Below are positions 51,755 through 64,000 of a DNA stretch of 64,000 nucleotides, in pieces (position 1 is the first letter of the stretch; every line of letters starts with the position of its first letter). The stretch covers positions 27,466,001 through 27,530,000 of the forward strand of contig JAQFVV010000001.1 in NCBI GenBank assembly GCA_028023455.1. Direction: 5' to 3'. The notes beneath the pieces were generated by a model. It saw only the letters and a program-made list of their open reading frames with translations, had not been told where the DNA came from and did no database searches. Both the position numbers and the translations under genes were made by a program. This DNA is from Epiperipatus broadwayi (taxonomy: Eukaryota; Animalia; Onychophora).

Positions 51755-51990
51755 TTTAGAAAAATTTAACTTTATTTAAATATTCCAAATACATTCAACT
51801 GTTAGTAATAGCACATCAAACAGGTTAGTATATGCACAATGTTTCGAGAGGTATTTTTCTTCCCTCTTTTTCAGGTGTTGCTGGCCTGACCAGTGACAGT
51901 ACTAGCATCGGATTTGAACCTGAACCCTTAGATTCTTGAGTATTGAATTTTAAGGTAACACTCTAACCAACTGAGCCATTCTGCCAAAGG
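51755..51990 (-). mobile_element. tRNA-derived SINE, copy 2
   Basis: A box TGGCTCAGTTGG (51967-78) and B box GGTTCAAATCC (51910-20); the body is shared with 22870-23106. Confidence 0.8.
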
Positions 51991-53040
51991 CAAAATCGTC
52001 CAATATAAAAATACAAAAAAAAAAAAAAAAATACAGTATGGTATTAGACTTTAAAAATAGTAAAGAAAGAGAATGTTTCATGTGATACATTGTTTATCAG
52101 AGTTTAAATAAAGTTAGAAATAGTAAAAACTCTTTGCATCTACATAATTTAAGTTGTGAGAAAGATGCATATAATCATATGAACACTTTAGCTTCTTGTT
52201 TTTTAAAAATTACTTATTGAAGAACTTGAGTGCAGATAGTTCTACTAGACCAAAATATTTTTCAGCCATATACGTATATACAAAGATTTTTGCTTAGAAA
52301 TCATTTCCAGATATTTTTTATTCATGAAAATATTAGACTAAATACATAGAGATTGAAACCATATAAGCAATATCATATAAGATAATAAGTGTATTACAAG
52401 TTTAATATCATCAATGATTCTATCAATCATACATTAAATATTGATAAAAATTGGACATCTTCTATTTGATTCTTCAATTGCTGTAGATTTTATTAATAAA
52501 CTTGTCAGTATAATAGAATTTATCAAGACAGGTTTTATTTTTTAAAATTGGTTCAGACGTTATTATCTGACAGAAGTTGTTATATAAATATAATGAGACT
52601 TCTAATTATAATATTCCATAAAAAGACATTTTGGTTTATTTTATTCTGTTTTGTATTAATGATTGATATTAATATTTACAGTTTTTTCTTCTTTTTTTTT
52701 TTTTTATTAGCATGCTGATATTTTGAAAGAAAAAATTTTTTTTAACGAAATAAAAAATAAGAACAGAAATATATGTGTGCTGCTGAATATTATATTATCT
52801 AATTATAATAAAAATATAGATATAGTTGTTTTTCCATATTGTGGAATACACATTCTTAAAAAATATTATGTTATGGCAAATCATAAAATAAAAATAGCAG
52901 CTTACAAATTTAAGATTCGTGATCTATTTTATAACTTATTAATCTTATCATTTAAAACCTGTATATACAGGGCTGGCGCTGGGTACTAGGCGCCCGCATG
53001 CAAATTTGATTTTGGCGCCCCTGTCAATATGTATGTTTAC

Positions 53041-53696
53041 TAAGGTGACCCGACCGTGTCCCGTGGCGTTTTAAAAAAGTCATGATTTTTAGAAAGAATG
53101 CACGATGTAATGCTATTTTTGATATCAAAAATAGCATAAAATTGATTGTTAAATTATATATTATTTCATACAAACGGTTTGTATGAAATAATATATAATT
53201 TAACACGGCAAATTTAGATGTTAGAAAAATTTGCAGAAATTTTAAAAATAATGTGTTTGTTAAAAATAGACAGAGTGATTCAAATATATATATATAATAA
53301 ATTAAAAAAAAATAATGTTTGAGATTAAAATATTTAAATGTTTAAAATAATTTTCGAAAAACATTTACATATTTTAATCTCAAATATTTTTTTTTTAAAA
53401 TTTCATATTTATTATTTGCGTCACTGTCTGTTTTTAACAAACCCATTATTTTTAAAATTTTTGCTAATTTTTCTAACCTCTAAATTTATGCAAATATTAG
53501 CAAATTTAATAATAAATTTACAATTTATAAATGAAATAATTTTAAAAAAAGATAATATTACAAACATACATATTTAATTTATTATTATTAATGTACGCTA
53601 TATCTATATAAACGCTCCATATAAACCAAATTTTTAATCAGCCCCCCCCCGGTCAATGGTGTCCCGTTTTACCAATGTTAAAATCTGGTCACTTTA
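53041..53696. mobile_element. hAT (Blackjack-like) MITE nested in the hAT 3' subterminal region
   Basis: TIRs TAAGGTGACC / GGTCACTTTA (consensus TAGGGTGACC) with GTCCCG subterminal motifs; TSD ATGTTTAC / ATGTATAC. Confidence 0.8.
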
Positions 53697-53898
53697 ATGT
53701 ATACCACCTACATGTTATAAATATTAGTGTACAAAATCTTTCTAAGGGAAACAAACAAGGCAATGTAAATAAATAATTTTTAATATTAAAAAAAAAGAAA
53801 ATACAGTTAAAAAAAGTAAATGCATTACAAAACATGTTATAATTATAATAATTTTATACTCCTTGACTTCATATTAATAAACCTTGATATGATTGTAT

Positions 53899-56319
53899 TT
53901 ATTTCAGTTCTGCACAAATATCATTTTCAATAGCAATTAATGCCAAATTAACAAGCCGTTTTTGTGACATAGTTGTTCTCAAGTAAGTTTTAATTAATTT
54001 TAACTTAGAAAAAGAGCGTTCACCGCTTGCAACACTAACAGGTAATGTTAATAATATTCTTAAAGCTATTGATAAGTTTGGCATAGATAAATTATTAGAA
54101 ACTATAAAATTAAGTGTTTCGAAAGGGTTTTGAGAATTTAAAAAATCCTTTTGAAAAATATCTCGAAAAGCACATAATTAGTCGAATAAATCTGTAGCAT
54201 TAATATCTTTACTGTTATCAAATTTCAAAATATTTTCTAAATCTTTGCATTTTGCTTGTAACTTGCTCTTATTAATTTCTGATATTTTATATAGAAAATT
54301 GAAATTATTATAACATGCTTCGAGGAGTTCAAAGCGTTCTGTTAAAGAATTAATCGCTACATCTAAAAGTGTAAAAAACATGTTTATTTTAAATTTTTCT
54401 TCAGGTATTTGAGGTGTTTCGTCCTGATGCTCGTAATCAAATTGACGAGTTTTTTCCGTTGTCGAACTTCTTTGGCAGTTTTAAATTCTTTCTCTCCATC
54501 AACCTCTTCGCTAAGTTCATCTGCAATTTTGAGAATGTTTTTGAAATTTGAATCTGATCGATATTCTCGTAAAAATTTATTTAGATTTGCGATCGATTCT
54601 AAAGCAAGTGAAGCATTCATATTTACATTTTGGAGCATTTTACTGACAGGATTTATTCTATTTAATATATCATGCCAAATTATTAAAGAACAAATAAATT
54701 TGTAATCCTTAAGGTTAGTGCAGAGTGATTGAGCTTCATGTTGAATTTCTCTATTAAAAGATTCGATTGTTCATTATTTCATAGAGTGCATCATAAATTT
54801 CACCCAACTGATACCGTAGAGGCGGATTGCATCAATTCTGCTTTCCCATCGTGTTTCTGATGGTTGTTTTAGAGTTAAAGTTTTAATAAATTTTAAAAGG
54901 ATTGACCACCGTTTATAAGATGATGAAAAAAAATTGTATATTTTTTGAACAATTGCAAAAAAAAACCAATTGTATCTACATTGACTTTGGCGGCATCGTT
55001 TATGATTAAGTTTAAAGAATGAGCAGCACATGGTACGTAAAATGCACGAGGGTTTTTGGTTAAAATCAAATTTTGAAGTCCAGCCTTTTTGCCTTTCATG
55101 TTGGCCCCATTATCATACCCTTGACCACGCATGTCTTCAATGGGAATCTTCCATTTTCCAGTTGTTCAATTATTGTTGTACATAAACCTCGTCCAGTGGA
55201 ATCTGTTATATCTATGAAACCTAAAAAGTTTTCTCTAATTTTAACCGTTCCATTATTACAAAAAACGAAGCGAATAATTATGGTCATTTGTTCAATTTTA
55301 CTTGCATCTGGTGTACAATCTAAAATAATAGAATAATATTTGGATTTCTTTATCGATAATAAAATTGTTTCCCTAATTGCTGTACTTAAAATTTCCAATA
55401 ATTCATTTTGGCTATCTTTGCTCAAATAATGTACTCTATTGTTTTGATCTAGGGCCCTCTCAACATGATTTTCCATAACGGGATCAAACTTCGCAAATAA
55501 TTCAATTAATTTTAAAAAATTTCCGTTATTTTTTCGTATAATTTATCAGATGATCCGCGAAATGCTAAATTTTGACTACCAAGGAATTTGATAATTTCAA
55601 TCAGCCGTTCCAAAACACTCCTCCAATGTTTCTTTTCCATTTCATATAAATTTTGAGATTGACAATCAATAGTAATTTTGTTTTTTAATCTTTTCTCAAG
55701 TTCATTCCAATTCAATAAACTTTTCATGTGAGCCATACTAGTTTCATGTCTGTGTAAAGTTGTACTTAAATTTCTCCAATTATTGTATCCTTCTATGAGG
55801 CTAGATTCAGTAGATCCAAAAACTTTGCAACAAAAGCAAAACACAGAGTTCAAAATTTCGGAATAAATAAGCCATTTTCGAAAAACTACTTCTCCGTTTT
55901 CCATTTTTCTATTATAATATACATCAGAAAATTTATGGCCATGTACATCGTTCGGATATATAATATCTTTCTTTTGAACAGGCCCCATTTCTACTAAAAT
56001 AACACGTAGTTTGTCATCGATTTTATTCCATTCAGCTGGATCTTCTAAATTTGTACACATTTGATATGATATTGGCACAATGACTTTGTTGTCACTTAAC
56101 TGTTTCTTACTAAAATCTTGTTCAATATTTTCAACAGTTCCCTGTGATCTAGATGATGTGCACGGTTCTGGTTCTTGTTGAGTATAAGCTATTTCAGAAG
56201 CAGTTGATATTTTAAGATATGTATTAAGTGATCCACTTTGTTTTTTAATGTTTGCTATTTTTCAGCTTGGCGTTTACGATTTTGTGCACGGATAGTTTTT
56301 TCTTAGTTTTTGATTCCAT
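53899..56319 (-). pseudogene. hAT transposase, frameshifted (TTF-type Zn finger, DUF4371-like region, hATC dimerization domain)
   Basis: RKWLIYSEILNSVFCFCC, LAFRG, YYSIILDCTPD, GQGYDNGANMKG, YVPCAAHSLNL, SETRWESRIDA and LRILLTLPVSVASGERSFSKLKLIKTYLRTTMSQ across several frames; putative ATG at 56319. Confidence 0.92.
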
Positions 56320-58596
56320 ATTACTTTTTACTCATGAACGCCACTTTAAAATAATTTTCAAATGTAATAAATAAATAAATACGGACTCTAATTTATATAT
56401 TTACATCATGTATCTTAATACTTAAGATTATATATCGCTAATTTAGATGTCCAACACAAATTACTTCTTGCGTCAAAATACAAAACTCTCGTGCGGGGAA
56501 GAAGTTGTTTAACTTGTTTACCTAAAAAAGGCAGCTAATAAATTAGAAATATTCAGCCATTGACATTAAAAATGGTCAGGTTTTAAAATAACTCAAGTGT
56601 CCAGTTTTTTACGCTTGATTGAACATTTTAGTTTTACCATTGGCAAGATTTTCTTTTGTTATCATATATTTTCTAATTAACACAGGTGGCCTGCCAGAGC
56701 CTGATTTGCGATTTCAATAGAAAATTTCCTGGGATTATAATTATTGTTTACAAGTTCTTACTAAGATTTTAAAATTTGCGATAAACATCATAAGCAAACG
56801 TATGTAATTAATTTGCAAACCTAATTAGTATGCAAAAAAATAGACTTTTGACAACGATTAAAATATATAAAATAAAAAGTAAACTGAAAATTATATTAAG
56901 TTTACTGGAATTATACCTATAATATATATTACATACACGTTCGAATATTTATATCAAATTATTATTTAAATAAAAAATTAGAAAATGTTTTATTTTGCAA
57001 TATTATAATCGTTTCTTACGATTTCAAAATTATGTACATGATCTAATATATATATATACGCATATACATACATAAGTTCTAATTTATAATACTTTTAGTG
57101 TGTGTTTATTTATATATTTGCTAGCAGAAAGTTACTTATAGTTTACTATAAGCAGTACTATATATATATAAACATTACAATATGAAATTTGTAATATAAT
57201 AAACTTTATGTTTAGTTTATTGTTCATGATAAATAATAGATTTGATTGTTTTATATTTTTAATATTAAGCAGAGCTTGTGTGCAGGCCTGCTTGTGTGTG
57301 TCATTTAATAAGATATAATATGACTTCATATGATTTTCAATAATCTACTCTCAATAATTTTTGTAAATAAACATTTGAGAATAATATTCTTCAAATGTGA
57401 GTATTTTTGTTAGTAGAGTTTTAATTTCTCAGGGATGGCGCCTTCTTTTTCAGATGCTAATCTCTCAGTGATGGCGCCTCCTTCTGCCAGTGCCCGCATG
57501 CCTAGCATGCGTTGCATGCCCGCTTCCGCCGGCCCTGTGTATATATATTAAATCTTATTGAGATTAATATTATATTTATAGTACTGTAGTGTAAAAAATA
57601 CTTTTAAAAATTATATCCAATAAGTGTTTGTTTCATCATTGCTCAAAGATTTATAATAACTGGTTTACTGACTTCGCATTTTTAATTTTAATCTTATACT
57701 GTAATTTATTATTGTACTTAATTTGTAAGAAGTATAATAAATTTATAAAATATATATATACTTTATTTATTATAGTTGAAAACATAATTTCACTCAAGTG
57801 TAAAAATCATCAAAAATATAACTGTTGATTTAGATTGAAAGTTTTTAACTCTAATTATCATGCTATTGTATTTTCTCAAATTGCATTTTATATTTTAAAA
57901 ACAAATATAAAGGCATGGTAAAGCTTTTCTTTTTTTATTGTTAAATAAAGCAAAAAGCTGAGTTTAACATTTTGAGAACAATTTACTTTTTCTATTTTCT
58001 TTTCAAGGTCATATTATACCGAGCACTTCTCATCAAACTCTTGTGTACACACATAAGAAAAAATGAATAATTTTGTATTGGCTGAGGGTTTAAAATAAAT
58101 TTTCTTTATATGTGAGATTTTTAAATATTATAATTGGTGTATGTTTATATGTAAATGATAATGAAAAATGCTTTCTGAAAAATTTTAATTATATATATAT
58201 ATGCATAAACATATTATGACTTCTATCTAGCCACATGAGTTTCACACATTATGAATATATAAATGCAATGCTATGTAGAATACACCATATCAATATTTTA
58301 TCTATCTTCCTGGATGCAAATCCGATATTCTTCAATGAAGACTTATTAAATTAATATATATATATATATGGTAATGTTAATTGCCCTTTTATAACAAAAT
58401 ATTTATTGGTAATAAAATATATAATAATAGGCGTATGTTATTCGCGAATTAAATTAGTCTAGGGGAATTAGGAATATCTAATGGCCTAGTGTACAAGATG
58501 GGATGACTATACAATTTTAATCTTCAATTAACTAATTTACAATAGTCACGGATAACGACCAGACTGGTCATGCATAAAAGACAAGCCTTTATGCTG

Positions 58597-58641
58597 TTTC
58601 AGACACGTTTCCTGATCTGACCACTATCCGTTCCACAGTAA
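58597..58641 (-). ncRNA. Degenerate hammerhead-like motif
   Basis: TA-CTGTGGA-A-CGGAT-AGTGGTCAG-ATCAG-GAAAC-GT-GTC-TGA; one core mismatch and one stem II mismatch. Confidence 0.35.
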
Positions 58642-60091
58642 TAGTATTATTAAAAGATAAAGTAAAGAATGAGAAATAAACAAGCAACTAAATTATTAAT
58701 AATAACAATAATTTTAATTAACGAACAGAATGAGAATCTAAATATCTGTATGGAAAGCAAATATGACAGAAATATATCATAAAAAAAAGTTTATAATAAG
58801 TTTATTTAGTTATCTATCTATGTTTCAGTGAGCTCACATTTCATTAGTTTTTGAATATAGACATATGGTCATAAGAATCCTCATATTTTAAATGTCTGCA
58901 TAATTCTCCTGGTTTGTTCCAATAGTAGTTTATTCCCATGAAGTTTTTTCCTATGATTGAGGATGTCCAAATTACACAGATTTATAAATACACTCCTAGA
59001 AGAGTATTTCCTTTTGATAACTAATTAGAGGGCAAGTTTCCTTATATCAAGTGGCACATATTTTCAGTATCCGAAAGCAATTAATAGACTTGTAGAATCA
59101 AAGTTAATTTCTAAGTCATAATTTTTTTTTATAGTTCCATAATATGCCAACACTACGGAAAATTTCAGGGTGAGGCACTGTACTCCTGAAACTGCATTAT
59201 TATTTCTTTTTAAATAATCATTAAAATTGTCTTGACTCCCATCTTTAAAGTAACACAATGAATAATTGATTCCCTTTCTTTTGCTGGAGTTTTCCTTTTG
59301 GTTTTCAATTAGTTTTCATAGTAACTTGGTACTTGGTATTATTAATATTTAATCTTATTTTACAATAAAAAATTGTAAAACTTTTTTAATTTTTACAATT
59401 ATTATTATTTTAAATTTCTTCACAATTTATTTTATAAATTATGATGTTTATACACCTTAGAATATATAATAAAAAAAGAAAATTGCATACACTATTTATG
59501 AAAAGCCATGCATGTAAACTCTGTCATGGAGGTTACAATATATATACATATATTAATAATTAATCAAAATCAATTTAACAATTAAATAAGAACAATATAT
59601 TTTTAATCTGCAACTCCAGTACTATTGTATTCATTTTGCAACTGCTTCAATAGTAACTAATATTAAGCTATGAGTTTGCTTTTTCTGAACTGAAAGTACA
59701 TTATCATGCAATTTATTAATATTTAATCATTGAAAGAAATAACTGCACTTTATTAGTTTTTATAAATGTCTACTATTTTTTGATTATGTATTTTTTTTTT
59801 TGTCAATATCTTCACAGAACATATTTTAATAGCTCAATATTAATTATTTATGTACGAGGAATTAATTAATTTTAAAAATGTATAAGAAAATTAATTCATT
59901 TTTATCAGCTGCTATTTATTAATTATCAAACTCTGGAAAAGATTATACAATAATTTTTTAATATATATACATATAATCAATGTTTAATTAATGATAAGGC
60001 TGGTTGGTGAAGGACTAAATATTTCTGGATTGATTTCTAACTGAAAAAAGTAAAGGAGAGAAAAAGAGAAAGATTTTGGTATAGTTTAGTA

Positions 60092-60840
60092 CAGTGGTCT
60101 TCAACCTTTTCACACCTGCGGACTGGCAAAAATAAGTATAAGGTTTCGCAGACTGACTGAAGTTTATCAATAAATTTTTTTAAAGATATAAACTGCTTAG
60201 CCTTAGATGAGTATAATTGTTATAACTGACCAAAACAGCACATTAGTTAGTGTGTATTGTAATGGCATTGCTTACCTTCACATGCTGAACACTTTCTCGA
60301 GTTGCGCAATCATTCTGCTACAGAAAACAGTACAATAACAATCGTTCTCATTAAGGTGCTTGCATTTCTACGTTTATTATTTCATTGTTAAAACATGCAA
60401 AATGTTATTCACCTGAATGTTAGGAAATATCATAGCTAGTATAATTACATGACTATGATAAATGCAATATCTGTATTTAATGTTAAATATACAAGATGAA
60501 GTTATATATTTATATATATGGAGTTTGTATAATAAAAAACTTTTTTAATTTTGAATTTTTATAGAAAAATAATAAAAAATTTAATTCTACCCCCCCCCTC
60601 CATAAATATCTGTGATAAATAGAAAAATTAATTTATGTATGATTGATTAGATTTTGTTTTCATTCTGTTTCTTTTTTGTAATCGGGTAAAAATGCGATGA
60701 AATAAAAATTGCTTATATTAATTAAAAGTTTAAAATCTTATTATTTTGTTATTACAAACTTTTGTGCCAGTTTAGTGCGGACTGGCAGAAAATTTCTGTA
60801 GCCCGGCACCAGTCCACGGACTGGGAGTTGAAGACCGCTG
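60092..60840. mobile_element. hAT-Charlie-like MITE
   Basis: TIRs CAGTGGTCTTCAAC / GTTGAAGACCGCTG; perfect 8-bp TSD GTTTAGTA (60084-91 / 60841-48). Confidence 0.92.
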
Positions 60841-62229
60841 GTTTAGTATATGTTCTGGGACTTTTTTTTTTTTTATACATGCTGAAACCATGAACTATTA
60901 GTGGCATACTAAGCTATTTTTTAATCTAGCATAACTGTAAATACATGAGTAGAATACATATAATATTAAAATAATACAAACGATAAATATATATGAATTT
61001 TGTATTTAAATATGTATAACATTAATATGTAATCTCATGATCTTTCCAAATATTTGCCCTATCCAGTCAGAGTCAACGAGATCTTGCATTTGTAATTCTC
61101 AAAAATAAAAAAAAAAATAAATGGAAAATTAATATTATCTTGGTTGGATAAAAAAAAAAAAAAAAAAAAAAGGGGAAAAAAATGCTTATTTTTCAGTTTT
61201 TTCACTAAATAATACAAACAAATAAGGGGGAGGGGGCTTGTCCAAACATTTGTCCTTGTGAAGTGAAAAGGAAGCGGGAATAAAAAGATTTTGTCCAAAC
61301 ACTTGCTTATTGTGGAATTTTTGTAATTGTTCTTCTGGTTATTTATTTATATTACTTAATAATGTTATTGAAAAGCTTCTTTTTTATGTTAAAATAAATA
61401 AAAAACTTTTGAAAAAAAGTATAATATACTTGTTCATATTATTTATTAATTGAATATTTTTTTCTTGTTTGGTTATATTATTTGTTAGTTAAATTTTTTT
61501 ATTCTTTTTAACTTCGTGCTGTTTTTTCATAGTAAAAAATATGCCAGCAGAATAGAAGCAATTTGGACTTCTATTTACTGAATATTTATCTTAATAATAT
61601 ACATATTTATTATTCAAACCACTTTAAGATAAAATATAAATTTTTTTAATTAAATAATTTTTCTGATTGTTCTATTTGTTGAACATTGCAGCCTTTATTT
61701 TCATATTATTTGTTAATTAAAGCTGTAATATAATAATTTTTTTTATTCAATGATGAACTTTATTCATCCAATAAACAAAATAGGTACTTTATAACTTGTA
61801 ACTTAGGTGACAACATATGACCAATTCAATTGGGTATTAGGGACATTTGAGACAAAAAATTAATAAAAAAAACATATAATTATTATAAAATGATGATTTA
61901 ACAAAATTTGCTGTGAAAGGTTGAGATACAGGAAATCTTGATGGAGTTTAGCATAGGAAACTTTGCAGTCCCTTGCTTTCAATGTTTTAATAATATCCAA
62001 CAAATTACTAAATATATTCCCTGAATTTCTACCAAATGTGATATTGCACCTAAGGAATATTTCAGCATGATAGAGAATTTTATTGCTGAGTAAACACCAG
62101 CCTGTATACAGTAGTATTGACAATTCTGTCCTTATATGATATCATCCATCAGCTGATTAACGATCTGTACTGCTGTAGAGTTTTGCACCCATGTAGGAAG
62201 TGCTGCAGTGTTTCACTTTCACCACTGCA

Positions 62230-64000
62230 CATTTGACATTGAGTATGTATTTTATTAAACCCTCTTTTATTCACTAGGAATTCATTAGTTGGTAATGAGT
62301 GTACATTTATTTTTAAAGTAAATCTAGATATTTAGCCTCTAGCTTTCATAGTTTGAATCATCTGATGATGTGTTTATTGTTAACCTTGAGAACAGTTGGT
62401 GTTATCACGAAGAATTGACAGAACAGTTAATGAATGTCCCAATATTTGAGCTTATTCCCAATTGCCCCCACAATAATTTCAGCACTCGTAACCAGATTGA
62501 CAAACATATCGGTCCAGGGTTGGGTTCAACCATGGAGGTGATGGGGTATCAATGGGAGCGACTAGGGATTGGTAAGAGTCCTGTGAGATTATTCTTCTAA
62601 TTGTGACAAGCATATTATGTGCTCTGTATTTGAAAGGAAGAGAGGGTATATAGTCCTAGTCCATTGAGTTTTTTAGATAGTCATGCCTTCCTAAGGCTGA
62701 TTGCACCAGTTTTCTTTCTCCACAGGAATCCAGAACATATTAATTTTTGCTATGAAGGTCTTGGTGGGAAGGATGATTGGAAGGAAGTAATTTATTTTAG
62801 AAATCTTAACGAGTTGAGTAATGTGACCATGCCATAGAGAGACAAGTAAATACCAGAGAGTGATTTAGAGTATCTGTTATGCCCTTGGAAAGTATGTTTT
62901 GTAATTGGGATTCTCATATCCCAAGGAAAAAGCTTGAAAGGGAACCCTGGCTAGAAAGGGCGATGGAATTTTTGTTTCAGATGACAATTTCCAGGCCACA
63001 GACTTGTCCCGATTGAAAAACAGCTGATATTGTTCTGAATACCAGTGTAATATGTTTTCCAGCATTGGTAGGCGATCTGTAGATGGGAGGAGGATGACTA
63101 TGTCATCAATATATGCCAGGCTCTTTGCCTCCCTCCTCAGCCTGGTAGTGTAAACCACAGGGAGATCTCTTTCAATTTTAAGAACCAATGGGTTGATAAA
63201 TGCAGTAAATAATAATGGGCTTAATGAAAATTCCTGCGGTATAGAGATGTTGGGACAAAACCCCAGAGCGATTCTACCATCCATCAAACAAGAATCTCCC
63301 TGTTGCAAAGGAGGTTTTCCATGATGGATAATAGGGTTTGGGGAATAGAAGGGGTTCGTAGTATACTGATGATTAGATTGACCCTCACTAAGTCAAAGGT
63401 TTCCTGAATGTCTAATTGGACAGGTATGGGACTGGAATTTCTCTGGCATCTCACATGTTCAAACTGTGAGGGAGAAAAACTGGGAATAATTAGATCTTGG
63501 ATCGAATCTTTGATTATAGACACTATTATTTATTATGAGAAGAGACATCATCAAAATAGGCCTAAGACTTGTGAGCTCTGATGGCGGACTATTCCTTTTC
63601 AGAGATGGGACTATTGAGACCGGATATAGTCGACAGTTCATTCAGCATGTTAAAAAAATATTGGGGATGATATAATGTCTGAGGTGAAGAAGAAGGAACT
63701 TGTGTATTGCATGTGGTCCAGGATGGATTCTGTCAGGAATTGGATTTTTAATTTATTTAGAATGGTATTGGCTGTAATTTCATGATGAAGAGCATTGTCA
63801 ATGTTAAGGGTCCTTCTATTGTTTTGGATTTCTGGTTCTTGAAGCTTTGTCTTGAAATGATTTCTTATGATGATTAACCTGTTTTCTATATGTAATTTGC
63901 CATTGATATGTATGGAAGAGGGAATGACCTGCTTTTTTTTGAGGCCAGTTCCCAACCTAGGTAGCTTCTGGTCCAGCAAGACTGACTATCCAAGAATCTT
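62230..64000 (-). mobile_element. L1/Tx1-clade LINE ORF2 remnant (RT domain, frameshifted)
   Basis: SLRPILMMSL, QLDIQETFDLVRVNLIISIL, PQEFSLSPLLFTAFINPL and LAYIDDIVILL in order; runs off the right edge. The 3' boundary is approximate. Confidence 0.85.

Larger units (their letters stand above)
52968..57537 (-). mobile_element. Full-length hAT transposon (ZMYM1-like / Tip100-type transposase)
   Basis: TIRs CAGGGCTGGCG / CGCCGGCCCTG; perfect 8-bp TSD TGTATATA (52960-67 / 57538-45); internal transposase remnants. Confidence 0.95.

Noticed and set aside
51905-51990. Functional tRNA gene
   Set aside because: The A-to-B box spacing is expanded, no cloverleaf is evident, and it is fused to a repeated body, so it is called a SINE head.
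58820-59300. Coding-like minus-strand ORF 59064-59258
   Set aside because: It has no recognisable motif or splice structure and is probably an unidentifiable TE relic.
1-64000. Most 60-90-aa ORFs in the supplied track as host genes; any prokaryotic system such as CRISPR or operons
   Set aside because: The ORFs are low-complexity AT-rich frames or antisense to TE remnants. There are no regularly spaced repeat-spacer arrays, and the spliced IDE exon and TE content indicate a eukaryote.

Overview
AT-rich, repeat-dense animal genomic DNA, most likely intronic. The only convincing host-gene feature is one 92-bp exon of insulin-degrading enzyme (IDE, M16 peptidase; + strand, 37611-37702); I found no other IDE exon, implying very long introns. 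The rest is a transposon landscape: several Penelope-like elements (PLE; RT plus GIY-YIG), RTE and L1/Tx1 LINE fragments, a Gypsy-like LTR remnant with a tRNA-Lys PBS, a full-length hAT element with intact TIRs/TSD, hAT, pogo and Merlin/MULE-like MITEs, and a tRNA-derived SINE family. The most striking signal is a set of fold-back (divergent inverted) insertions at 9.7, 20.6, 32.3, 36.2, 37.7 and 38.1 kb that carry minimal type I hammerhead ribozyme (HHR) motifs; five of the six have 10-17-bp direct repeats resembling TSDs. Two related subfamilies show a circularly permuted 466-nt unit and a 420-nt HHR-to-HHR unit. This fits non-LTR retrozymes (circRNA-forming, probably PLE-mobilised) that integrate as palindromes inside the putative IDE pre-mRNA. 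All alignments, folds and translations were done by eye; no database searches were run.
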